64,000 bases of DNA from Sarea resinae (taxonomy: Eukaryota), in the NCBI GenBank assembly GCA_026026165.1, contig JAPEUD010000003.1, forward strand, positions 186,001 to 250,000, in the 5' to 3' direction. A model generated the notes under the pieces. It was not told where the DNA came from and did not search any database. It saw only the letters and a list, made by a program, of their open reading frames with translations. This document shows positions 14,353 through 25,652 of this stretch, in pieces (positions within the stretch are counted from its first letter, which is position 1; each line of letters starts with the position of its first letter). The position numbers and the translations under genes were made by a program.

Positions 14353-15721
14353 ATGGCATCAAGATTTGATCGTCGCGGCACCGACTGTAGCGACAGTAGC
14401 ATGAGCTCAGCTCAAAGTGACAGTTCAGATCACTCGAGGAGTACGGCCCCGACCCACTACAGCACAAGACCATCGTTGCAGCATTATGAGACGGCAGTCT
14501 CAACACTGTACGCCAAGCGAGACGGTGGTGATCACGACTTCGTCACGGATCCAAAACCGACCGACTCATATGGCAGCTATGCTGCCAGCGTGCCTTCGAT
14601 CGACGACGAGCGACGAGAGTATCCTGTTCAAGAAGCAGCCGACTACAGACAGGAAGCCTTCACGTCAGAAGCAGTCCCGTCAACGCCACCTTGCTTTGCG
14701 GACCTCTTTCCCTCGTCGCGCAGGCTTCTGATACGTCATGACGATTCGACCGAGGATGGCAACATGAACCTGCGTGTAGACACCGAGGTTCCGATATCGA
14801 AAGGAAGAAACCAAGACATAACGCTGTTCCATCTTCGAATGCACGACCTCAAGGAGAGAGAATTCTCCCTCCGGAGATACTGCAGAGATTCTGGACGAGA
14901 AGTCTGCCACACGGCTCAGAAGTATCAGAGGCCCGCCGTTAAGCGACCTAGTCTTCATCGATCGGTGAGCTATGCTCTAGCGAGCCTTCGATCAAAGTCT
15001 GAGAATAAGACGACAACTCTCTCAAGCCTGAAGCGGCAGGATTCGGGATATGATTCGATGAGCGAGGAAGAAGATGAATCGAAACCCAAGTCGAAGCCGA
15101 TGTCTGTGTCACCAACGAATACCATCAAGCTCGAATTCTCAAATTACGCCCAAGTTGATGTGAAGCGACGAGGTACCAAGATCTCGAGACACTACGACTT
15201 CGAGTATTGGGGCTACAACTACACATGGAAAAGGGAAACGCGGAAAGACGGCGATTTCGAGGAGGTTTCTTTCCACTTGATACGCGGTGGTACTGCGAAG
15301 TCTATTGCTCATATTGTTCCAGAGCCTTTGACGCCGGCGCAGGCGCGTGAAGAGAGTGCTAAAGGGGGCTGGGTGCCTCCGTGTTCGATGTGGATTAGTG
15401 ACCCTGAGGTTTTTGGGGGACTTACAGATGTAGCAGAGTGAGTACCGGCCTATGGCAAATTTTGACTTTGCAGCTACTAATTTCCGCAGTATCATTGTTG
15501 CAACAGGTCTTGTTTCTCTCGTCGATGACAGCATCAAGAGACGTTTCCAGCAGAAGCGAAGTCTTCAGCTCGTTCTTCCTGTGCCTATGAAGACGCCATT
15601 TAAGAAGAACGTAGACTATATCGGGCCGAAACGTCTGATTGACGAAGTCTTCAACCGTCGAAGTTCAGCATTATCAAGTCGGCAGCCGACACCTCTGCGT
15701 CAAGCATCTTACGACGCATAG
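14353..15721 (+). CDS. Conserved hypothetical fungal protein, 2 exons
   Basis: Exons 14353-15437 and 15490-15721 (GTGAGT...CTAAT...CAG intron). Globular-looking blocks RRLLIRHDDSTEDGNMNLRVDT, LFHLRMHDLKEREFSLRRYCRDSGREVCH, IKLEFSNYAQVDV and GGWVPPCSMWISD resemble Pezizomycotina hypothetical proteins. Confidence 0.85.
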
Positions 15722-18630
15722 TCATCGCATATGCTGCTAGAATCTGAGATAATGATGGTTATCTGCATCTCTACTTAGTGTCTGATGAAAGCATTGCGGA
15801 TTTCGAACGAGCTTACGGGATATGGCAGAAGGAGTTTGGCTGATTTTGATCATCCATTTTTGAGTCGCGAGACTCGATTGTATCCGACAGCTCTAACGTA
15901 TGGCGGCATGGGACATCGGCGCGATTAAGCAAGGAGGTCATGGATGATGAGCGATATTCGCATTGGTTAAATACTAATTGTTTGTTTGCAGCGCCAACGC
16001 CGCTATGGTTTGCTTGGACGGCGGGTATTGGGAGGCATATGATAAGGGGCGATTTTGATGGCCTCTTGCGCATTCAAGGCATTGTATTGAATCAGGGCGT
16101 TGACACCGATGAGTGTATAGCAAGCGAACAAGAACTTCTATCCGGTAGCAATACGCAATATATCAATCTGGAGGAGGATCTGTACATTCGGTGCAGAGGC
16201 CAATCGTTCTCATCTCTCTTTCCGAGACACTCCATTTGAGATTCTCACCCCCGTACGCGTCGTGTAGATGAAGAATGATATCATTGCTTTCCGGGGCGGG
16301 CGTCGTTCCCGTGAGGAGAACAACGATCAGCAACCCTGTGAGATCGACGAGCAGAAGTGGTCTTGCATGGAGAATCTCCATTCTTCAACAGGCAACGATC
16401 TCGCCCGCCCCCGCAAGTCGAACCAACGCATCAGGTGCAGTATTGGTAAATAGCGAAGCACCGTAAGCCTGCCATGCCGTGTCGTTGATGACTCGACAGC
16501 AGCAGCGGCGTCGGTGGCGGTAGCAAGCGGCGGCACAACACCAGTCGAGATCTGCGCACGTATGCCCTGCATTAGCTCACCCGCCCCGTTCGCCAACCCT
16601 TCCAGCTGTGTACACCTGGCCGGGTCGTAGTGGACATTTGAGATGTTAGGGGGGCATCAGATCTTTTGATCGCTCTGCTTCTTTTCTGTTGCGGCGCTCC
16701 GGCTCTCTCACCTTTGTGCCTTTCTTTTTTTTTGTTTTTCCCTTGGCCAGCAGGATGGGCAGGCTAAATTGCTTCCATGATGCCCCCTCACATGCTCACA
16801 GAGACCGGGGGCACCGCTCACTCGCTCGCTCGCTCGCTCGCTGGCGAGAGATCTCTACCCTCGTTTGATGAGTTGTCAGTCCAATGGCTAGAGGAACGCA
16901 GCTGTCTGGTGGAGACAGCGCAACTCCTTCTATGCAAGTTATTCCTGCACTGTGGCCATAGCTGCATCGCGCTGGCGGCGATGAGCAGAAGAACGACGAA
17001 CAGGACGATTGTAATGGATTGTAATGGGCGGATGAATGAGTGCTCGGTGGTCTGGCTTAGCCATACGTACCTAGCACATACCCGCTGCTGGCTTGGCTTC
17101 TTGATGTTGGCTGCTTCGTCGTCTGCACGACGTGAAGGACGCAGAAAGACCGTCTTTCAACTGGACTCCTGTGCCCATTGTTGGCTGGCAGAGAGAGTAC
17201 GACCAAACGAGTCTCGCGGCACCAATCTCATGTACGATCAATGACACAGCCTCTACATAGTATGCCTCGAGATGCACGAAAGCATAGTCTTCCCATCTGG
17301 CATCTACACACACTTTTCCGGAGCCGCACGCGCGTGATTGTTTCATGGGTCGACCGACGTCGACACGGACAGGCGACGGGTGGGCACAACACGCGAAGCG
17401 GAAGACCACCCACGGGACGCTGTGCAACGGACGAACTACGTACTTTAGGGGCTAGGGGCTGGGTTCACGACGAAAACGACGCTTGCATCTCTTGCATCTC
17501 CTCCAGCTGCCAGCCCACCAGTGATACCTCGCCCTCCAGCGCGAGCTGTACTCGGAGCAGAGTAGTCTCCGTACTCTACTCTAGCATGACAGTAGTCAGA
17601 CCAGGAGTGGTGTCGCCTGCCGAGGTTTTCACTCTCCATCCTGGACGGGTACCTGATCGGAACAGCTCCAGCTCGACACTGGATCCCAATGACGTCGCCT
17701 CTGCTATGCTTGCCTCTCTTAGATTCTCCCCTCTCCTCTCTCCAGATTCTCCCCTCCTCCTCTCCCTTGTCGGGCCTTCCCCGCCCCCACCACAGCCCCG
17801 GCGCTGCTTTCGCTCGGTCCTTTCTCGCTCGAAAGCCGATCTGCAACGAAGAAGAATCTCTCTCAACGCTGGATCGAATCCCGGGCGTTTCCCCCCCGAT
17901 CTCCCTCATCGTCACCCCTATTCGCCTCTCCCTGAAGAAAGCATCTGGCAAGGCAACCGCTAAGGAAGTTGCCTTCTTAGCCAGCGCATCGGCCCGTTCC
18001 TGAATCTGTGCGAGGGATGCCTCGCAGAGAAGGGAAGGTCGAATCTGCCGCTGGAAAGAGAGGCAATAGGCGCTGGCTACCTTGCTCTGGTAGCTAGCTA
18101 GCTAAGGTAGGTAGCCAGCCTAGCTAGGTATGTTGACAGGGGTACAGCAACGGCAGCAAAACGGGCCAAGCCGGCCGACTTGCAGAAGGATTTCTTCTGC
18201 GATGATCCGCACCACGCACGTAAGCAGGCATGTCACCGTCAGACACGCTCAACTCGATGGCCAGGTTCATTTGGGGTATTTCTGTTGTTCTTTTCTTCAT
18301 GTCTCCCTGTGACGCTACCTGTGCCTCTCCATTACGCCGCTGGACTACTTGTCTGCCATGTCGACTTGTCTGTCTGTCCCGCCGGCAAGGGAGAAGGGAA
18401 AACGTCCGGATTGACGGCAGGTGGCGGAGGGCAAGGGGAGGACAGCAAGGAGGTACCAATCTAGATTCTGCAGCCCGGGGAAAAAGAAAGCACGAAAAGG
18501 TCGCGATGGTGGTATGTGAATCTCGTGTGTGGCTCTGAGTTCATCATGCATGAACGCCCTAGGACTTGCGGAGGATGTCGATCCTCCGGCTGCTGCTGTT
18601 CTCGCGACTGCTGCTGTTCGTGTTGGCGAT

Positions 18631-18660
<30 letters not shown>
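18631..18660. repeat. (TGA)10 microsatellite
   Basis: Direct read of the sequence. Confidence 0.9.
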
Positions 18661-18661
<1 letters not shown>

Positions 18662-19521
18662 TGACCGAAGGATGAGCAATGATGCGCGGTTGAGCGACGG
18701 ACGGCGGTGGCAGGTAGCGGAAAGTAGGCATAGGTAGTCGTCGGCGTTATTGTCCTGGTTGATTTACGTTTTGGTTCAAGCTCAGCTCAGCTCAGCTCCG
18801 CTCATCCATACCATCTTCTACCCTACCCTGCCCTGCCCTACCCTGCCTTGCCTTGCCCTGCTGTGTCCTGCAATGCCATGTGCTATCTGATGTTATGCTG
18901 CCTGGGGTTTTCCATTCCAAGCTCCTTTCCCTCTTTGCTACTAGATCATCGGTAGGCTATCTGACCTCCCTGGCAAGCTTCGCTGTCGTCGTGCTGGTGC
19001 TGCTGTCCGCTTTCGGCTCTCTACCGCCCTCCCACAATCACTCTCATTGTCCTCTCTTCACTCAACTCACTCATCCGTCTTCCAAGAACAACAACAACAA
19101 AACGAACAGCAAACACAGCAAAGCGGGTAGGTTAGGTGATTGCCATGTTATGCCCGCAGGGGTATGAATCAATGTGGGCATCTTCTGGCAGCAGAGTGGC
19201 ATGGTCGCTCATTCATTCATGCATCCAGGGATCGTGTTTATTTTAAACTTTATAAAATCCGCCCCCCTCTAGGATCAGAGACGGAGCCAAACAACATCAG
19301 ATCCAGTTCTCTTACTTCTACTCTATTGATTTTCACAATCTAACAGGACTGCTCAAGGAAAAGAGGATATTGTCTTCTCCTTCGGCAGCTTCGTCCCTCT
19401 GCGTCCGTGCGTTAGAGAGAGAAAGAGAGAAAGCGTGCATGCTTCTCGGAGCCATCTACTATCGACTCTCAGCCTACAATCGCTCGTCACATATCTTCGG
19501 GTAGTTGACGAAAAGAGGAGG

Positions 19522-20398
19522 ATGTCTAGCCCTTCGTCCCCATCCGGAGGACAGGCCTCCTGGCAGTCGAGACTAGAAAGTAAGGCTGCGTCCTTTCCCT
19601 TTTCTCTTCCCTTCCGCTACGCTGGCCCTGCCCAGTCCAAACCATCGTCTTAGTTACTATGTCTCTCCTCGTGTCTCTTCCGGTCCCTCTTCGATTTGGT
19701 TTCCTTTATGAGACAAGACTCTTCAGTTGCCTGACACGCCCACTCTACGGAGGCCGTGGCCAGCACCAACGCAGCTGGACGGTTGGACAAAAGACCACCA
19801 AGCTAATGCATTTGAGTCTCTCACAGGTCATTGCAGAGCAGCCCAACTCCGTTCCCCAGAATACAGGGATCTGTCTGACCGCCGAGGTACGCACGCACGC
19901 ACGCACGCAACACTGCCCTCTCACTCCTTTTGCTTTATGCCCGTATTTAGCTTTACAATCCCGCCTCGTTCTGGCGCCATACGAACATCCCTCTGTCAAC
20001 TTTTGCACCGCCCTTACCACCCTACCTGTACTTTCTCTCTCTCACTATCCACTCTACTTACCACCTTTTTTTCCAACGCCTCTTCGCCCTCTGTCTCTCC
20101 CTCCGTATCCTCACGTCTGATACCACCACCCACTAACACCTCTGCAGGCGGCCGCACTGCCTGGTCCTCCCAGGTCATCATCCCGGGCCACCCAGCGCCC
20201 ATCGCAGCGCGCTACTGGTACGACGGCCAGTACCTCAACAACGCGCGAGAAGACGCCGCCGAGGTGGCCCTGCAGACCCTGAGGGTGATACCGGGCCAGG
20301 GGTCGGCGCCGGGCTCGCCGGGCGGTGGTCGGGGCCAGGGACAAGCGCTGGGGCAGGTGGGCGGGGGGTGGTACGGTGCTAGTGGCCGGGTAGGCTGA
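19522..20398 (+). CDS. Small fungal protein with a double-stranded-RNA-binding-motif (dsRBM)-like fold, 3 exons
   Basis: Exons 19522-19579, 19827-19886, 20148-20398. Product: MSSP...SWQSRLESHCRAAQLRSPEYRDLSDRRGGRTAWSSQVIIPG...AARYWYDGQYLNNAREDAAEVALQTL plus a Gly-rich tail. The alpha-beta-beta-beta-alpha pattern ending in AREDAAEVAL is dsRBM-like. Confidence 0.85.
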
Positions 20399-21731
20399 TA
20401 ACGACGACGATAACGATGATGACGATGACGATGATGGTGATGGTGACGGCCTGCTGAAGAAGAAGGTCGAATGCAGTTGACGATGATGATTAGGATAGGG
20501 GCTGCTGAGAGATATGTGGACAGGATAGGTTTTTGCTGGACGACTTGGGTTTCCTTTTCTTTCTTTCTTTCTTCTTTTTTTCCATGCTAGTGTCGCGACG
20601 GGAGGACTATCTCATTCGTTTTTTGCCATCCGAGAGGATGGCCTGCTTCATCCAGACAGAGACAGACAGATCAGAGACATAGCCAGAGACGGAGAAGGAA
20701 AAGGACACCGAGACAGAGACACGGAAGAAGGGGAAAAGGGCCAGAAAGGGACTATCGTTTTCTGTTTTTTTTCTTTTCCCATCCGTCTCTCAGGCCCGAT
20801 CAAACAGACCCAAAAAGGAGGGGGAGAGAGATACAGACAGGCAGACAGGCAGGCAAACAGGCAAGGCAAGGCAGGCAAGGCAGATTTACCTAGGTAGATT
20901 GTACGATCATGGCGAAACGAAAGTTTGTATCATGCAGGAAAGCATCGTTTTCTTTTTTTTTTTTTTTTTCTTTTTGCTACAAAGTCTGATCATCTCTCAC
21001 TCACTCACTCACTCATGAATGAATGAATGAAGCAAGCAAGCAAGCAAGTATGGAGATGCGACAGATAGACAGACCACCTTCTCGGATGAAACGAATTTGG
21101 TGTGAAGTCGATGAAAACAGATCCCTCAATCGCGTGCACACATACATACAGATACGATCCAGAGAGAATGGAGCGAGGTCATTAACCCAATCAATGCATG
21201 CATGCATGCATCTCGAATCTGACCCGGTGGATGTTTCCTGGGTCTATCTCTGATCTAGGACGCTACTCGACGGTGATTGGGTCGAAGGCCTGGCGATTGA
21301 TTGATTGAATTGGATTGGATTGATTCATTGATGGATAGATAGATAGACTAAGTCGAAAAAAAGTCAAGTCAAGTCAAAACAAGGAGCGAAACGAGTAGGG
21401 TAGGGTAGGGTAAGGTAGGGTGGGGTAGTGTGTAGAGTAAGGGTATCACGAATGCGGAGAAGTTAAACCAAATGATACAAAATCAGGAATCGTAGTATAC
21501 TAATACAGATTTAAACATTAAGTCGCAATCGACTCATGCCGTGACAGTGACAGGGACAGTGACGATGACGTGGACTGGAACAGACGATCGAGTAGGTAGG
21601 AAAGAGAAGGGTGACTGGCGAGATCATACATAGTCGAAGATAGACTGACTGACAGACTGACTGACGAAAGATGACACTTATGTGGCACTAGGCAAGGGAA
21701 GGTAAGAGACGGGAAGGAGAGACAAACTCGT

Positions 21732-24700
21732 TCACTGCGCCGCCGGCTTCTCGGGCACGTCCCCCAATGAGGGTCCTTTGACGTCGTGGCCTTGTTGAGT
21801 GTCTCCCTGAGAGGAGTCCGATGATGAGGGAACAGTCCGATTTTCGGCTCCTGTAACGGTGTGCGGGGTTGGCTGGCTGGGGGATCCTTCAAGAGCCTGG
21901 GAAGCCGCTGTCGAAGAACTGCTCGTTGTATCGGGGACAGGCTGGCCCGATGACGTCTTCAATCCAGGGCCGGGACCAGGACCAACATCTCCCGTTCCAG
22001 CTGCTGCCATCGTCGCTGCCGCTGCCGCTGCCGCTGCAGTATTCTTGGATGCAGGTGCAGTGCCGAAGGGAATAGCGCCCGTGGCACTGAATACGGGCAG
22101 ATCTTCTTTCTTGGGGGTGGAAGCATTGGGTGGAAGCCAGATCAGCGGCTGGGGCTTGATTGCTGAAGGAGGGTCGGGAATGTGGTGTGTGCTGTAGGGA
22201 ATGAACTCGTTGTTGTTTGTTGTTGGATCTAACGGTGGAGGCGTCGTCGTGAGGGGAGGTGATGGCTTGGGCTGAGCGTGCGATTGCAGTCCGAGATGAA
22301 AGGATGCGTTTGAGGCGTGGTGCTGGGAAGACTCTTGGGTTTGTGGCGCAGATTCTGGGTGTGAAGGTTTTGGAAATTCTTGCTGCTGCGTTTCGTTAAT
22401 TTGTGGTGTGCTTTCCGGGATGACCAAAGGGACGGTGGATTTTGGAGGCGTGATCTGGTCTGGTTTTACTGAAGCGGGCTGACCGCTAGACATTGAAAGC
22501 TCTGCGACGGGTGTAGGTGTAGGAACTGAAGCTGCCATATGTGGGATAGGTAGCGCTGACCCTTTGTCGGGTGAAGGGTCCTTTCTGGCCGCCGTCGCCT
22601 TAGTCGTTCGTGAAGGAGCAGCCTTTCTAGGGGCCCTGGCGGCCTTGTCAGCAGCCTCAGCCCTCTTCTTTTCCCGAAGCTCTTGTTCTTCCTTAGGTGG
22701 CACCTTCAATTTGATGCTCATCTTTTTCATGCCGGAAGTGAGATTGTCCAAGTCCGTACTCTTCCCCATCCCACTCGCATTAGACGACTTTGCGCTCTCG
22801 CTTGCCGATGTCGCAGCAGCGAGCGCTGGCTCCGAACTCCCAGACCGAGAAGACGAATACGCGGATGCTACACGGGAGACAGCGGGATCTTTTCCAGTTC
22901 CTGGACGGGCTCTTGAAGAAACCTCGGGGCGAGTTCCGGTGGCTACTCTTGTCTTTTTGACTGCGATATTACCGTTAGATTTCTGGCCGGCAGAGGCAAC
23001 ACTGGGTCTTGTGTTTGTAGAGCTCTTCGGTCTTCCAAGAACAGCTGCCGATGCGCCGCTGAGGGCCTGTGCAGATGGAACGCTACTGAGGGTCGATTCA
23101 TCGCCGTTTACTGATCCGACGCTGGAAGCAACACTCAGTCGCCTCCTGGACTGCTCGGTTGGTTGACGGAATCCTCCTGGGGGCACAGACCCTCTGCTAG
23201 AAGAGGCTTTATCAGCAGAAGGCCCGACGGCAATGGTCCTCCGGCGGCTAGACCTCGACATTTCATCTGCCTGATCAGCTGCGAAATTCGACGGTTTCGC
23301 CCTCCTATCCCTCAGCTGCATTCGTGGACCTTCCGGCTGTTCCACTTCTGCCGTAATGTTCGCCGTGGAGTGTCTTTCCTTCTTTGCACGGCTTGCTTCA
23401 ACACTAAGTTCTTCGGGCCTACAGCTTCTTGTCTGGCGTGCTGAAGGAATCAGTAATTTGCTTAGCTCGTAAGTTGCTGTGGCCCAGTCGACTTCAGGTG
23501 GAGGGGGGGACGGAGGCCTTGAACAGGGGGCCGATCCGTTTGCCGCAACTGAACCTGACACGTTCCGATAAAGCTTTGGTGATGAGACAACCTTTGCGCT
23601 GAAAGACTGCGTTGGGGCGGTAAAGGTTGGTGGACCAGGGTTCCGCGTCTTCTTCGGGGCTGGAGCTGGAGGTGGTGGATTGACAAGCGTTTCCAGTTCC
23701 TCCAGTCGTGGAAGGCTCCACCAATTCGGATTCAAGCGTACTTCATCTTGCTTCTCGGCTGACACCTTCTGTTCATTGACAATTCCCATGCGCTGCCCCA
23801 TCTCGTAGCCTAAGCCATCTAATCTTGCCTCTTCCGGTACGTCAACCACACTCCCAGCCAAGCCGCTCAGATGGCTGAAGACACCACTGGTAAGAGCCCT
23901 ATCGCTGTACCCGCCCTCCAAGACGCTGATTACTCTTCCATCAACTCCAAGGCCATCTTCTTCGGCAAGCTTCACTATGTCCTGGGTAAATTTGGCGTAG
24001 AACTCGGTCGGCACATTGACTTTATGCCTTTGCATACCGGGACTTTCCCAATAACTAGCGTCAAAACCGGCCGATATAAAGATTGCTGCTTTCGGTGGGA
24101 CGTGACCCGACGAGCTTTGAAAGCGCTGAGTATGGGTGCGAAGGAAATCTCTCGCCTTATCGAGAAGGACCATGTAGCGAGCTCTGTAGAGATCCCAGAA
24201 TTCTGCTTCAGTTTTGTAGGGCTGAAGGTGAACATTCCAGATAGTCTGTCCATGCGCATTTTCGATGCAAAGGCTTGCATTGCGTACCTTCTCCTCATCG
24301 CCCCATTCGCAGGGGTAGGAATTGATATCGTGCAGACTAAAATAGCCAATGGATGTTTTCTTGGCAACGTGGGCATTCTTGTGCAGTCGAGCTACCTTGG
24401 CATTGTGAGCCCAAGTAATGGCTTGCGATCCGTCTCCATGGTGCAAATCGAAATCAATGATAGCAGCATGTGTGACACCGTGAGCTGCAATGGCATGACT
24501 AATACCGCAATGGACATTGTTGACCCAACAGAAGCCCGAAGGGAAATCCGCTGAGCAGTGATGTCCAGGCGGCCGAATGGCAACGAAAGCTCTCTTTGGT
24601 GCTGTCGAGTTTAAACTTGGCTGAAACACCGCATCTACTGCATCGCAGACACCTCCTATCGCACTCTGGAAGGCTTCTAACGACTCTGGGCAGAGATAAA

Positions 24701-25652
24701 GATCGCCCTCGTGCAGCTCTGATTTCTCTTCGCCATTGGCATCCAAAGCCCCTGCAGGTCTCGCAAGCTCCTTTCCATTCAGTGCTAGTTTATGCTCTGC
24801 GGACTCACACATGGTTTTCAATTCTTCCATCCATTTCGTGCCATGAACATTGGTAACCACAGGCGAAGTCAAGGCCACCGAGCGAGAGCTTTTGCGAATT
24901 TCAAAAGGAGGTCTGGAGAGGTGCTCCATATTCTGCTTCGGATAAGGAGCATGCTTTCCTCCTGCATGTCTAGCTCCTAGGCGGACATACGTCGCGGATA
25001 CACCTAAGACACTAGCAAGTATGCGCTCCGGCCGTTCAACTATACGATTGAGTTCGGCTTTTGAGGTTCTCGGTCTGGAGTATCGATGTCCATAGCATGA
25101 GTCGTGGAGGACTACGATGGTCCTTGGGGAATTTTGCGACTCCGGTCTGTGGTGCAGGTCCAGGTCTTTCTGGAAGTGGGCGTTCGCGACAGCTGCTGCG
25201 GTCAGGGGTGGTGGCGGAGCTGGCTCTTCCAACGAGAAGGCAAGTTGTGTTCGCATCGCGCTGGAGGGCGAATTTAGTAGGTTGGAAGACGACCTTCTTG
25301 ACAAGTGATGGTCAGGAGTTGCGCCAGACGAACTGTGTATGGAGGCAGCAGATCCTTTTCGATTCAGTGCTGGTGTTGAGGTTCGCCGGTGGACGCTCAT
25401 TGAGCTTGGGCTTCGACGCGGTTGCGGACTATGGGGAGGTGCGTGGGCGTGGGAGCCAGAAGGGACGAGATGTTGATCGGAAGATTCGATCGACATCGCG
25501 ATATGAGGTGAAGGCGGAAGAGGTGTCGCAGAAGCTGCGTGAAGTGAAAGCTGATTCATGGAGATCAAAAGATCATTGTTTGTTGTGGCCAAAGGGTCAT
25601 CCGGTGCTTGCGTAGATGTCGCAGGCTCAGCCTGCGGAGCATTGTGCTCCAT
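21732..25652 (-). CDS. HOS3: Fungal HOS3-type histone deacetylase with long low-complexity N- and C-terminal extensions
   Basis: Single long ORF with first ATG at 25652. HDAC motifs IVERPERI, RPPGHH, SGFCWVNN, DFDLHHGDG, ISAGFDA, VLEGGY; Hos3-type GDLYLCPES and SLHDINSYPCE. Confidence 0.93.
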   Translation of the reverse strand: MEHNAPQAEPATSTQAPDDPLATTNNDLLISMNQLSLHAASATPLPPSPHIAMSIESSDQHLVPSGSHAHAPPHSPQPRRSPSSMSVHRRTSTPALNRKGSAASIHSSSGATPDHHLSRRSSSNLLNSPSSAMRTQLAFSLEEPAPPPPLTAAAVANAHFQKDLDLHHRPESQNSPRTIVVLHDSCYGHRYSRPRTSKAELNRIVERPERILASVLGVSATYVRLGARHAGGKHAPYPKQNMEHLSRPPFEIRKSSRSVALTSPVVTNVHGTKWMEELKTMCESAEHKLALNGKELARPAGALDANGEEKSELHEGDLYLCPESLEAFQSAIGGVCDAVDAVFQPSLNSTAPKRAFVAIRPPGHHCSADFPSGFCWVNNVHCGISHAIAAHGVTHAAIIDFDLHHGDGSQAITWAHNAKVARLHKNAHVAKKTSIGYFSLHDINSYPCEWGDEEKVRNASLCIENAHGQTIWNVHLQPYKTEAEFWDLYRARYMVLLDKARDFLRTHTQRFQSSSGHVPPKAAIFISAGFDASYWESPGMQRHKVNVPTEFYAKFTQDIVKLAEEDGLGVDGRVISVLEGGYSDRALTSGVFSHLSGLAGSVVDVPEEARLDGLGYEMGQRMGIVNEQKVSAEKQDEVRLNPNWWSLPRLEELETLVNPPPPAPAPKKTRNPGPPTFTAPTQSFSAKVVSSPKLYRNVSGSVAANGSAPCSRPPSPPPPEVDWATATYELSKLLIPSARQTRSCRPEELSVEASRAKKERHSTANITAEVEQPEGPRMQLRDRRAKPSNFAADQADEMSRSSRRRTIAVGPSADKASSSRGSVPPGGFRQPTEQSRRRLSVASSVGSVNGDESTLSSVPSAQALSGASAAVLGRPKSSTNTRPSVASAGQKSNGNIAVKKTRVATGTRPEVSSRARPGTGKDPAVSRVASAYSSSRSGSSEPALAAATSASESAKSSNASGMGKSTDLDNLTSGMKKMSIKLKVPPKEEQELREKKRAEAADKAARAPRKAAPSRTTKATAARKDPSPDKGSALPIPHMAASVPTPTPVAELSMSSGQPASVKPDQITPPKSTVPLVIPESTPQINETQQQEFPKPSHPESAPQTQESSQHHASNASFHLGLQSHAQPKPSPPLTTTPPPLDPTTNNNEFIPYSTHHIPDPPSAIKPQPLIWLPPNASTPKKEDLPVFSATGAIPFGTAPASKNTAAAAAAAATMAAAGTGDVGPGPGPGLKTSSGQPVPDTTSSSSTAASQALEGSPSQPTPHTVTGAENRTVPSSSDSSQGDTQQGHDVKGPSLGDVPEKPAAQ

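Noticed and set aside
17178..18737. 261-aa and 168-aa ORFs and poly-His/poly-Met ORFs
   Set aside because: GC-rich low-complexity spacer plus a (TGA)10 repeat. No coherent gene model could be built.
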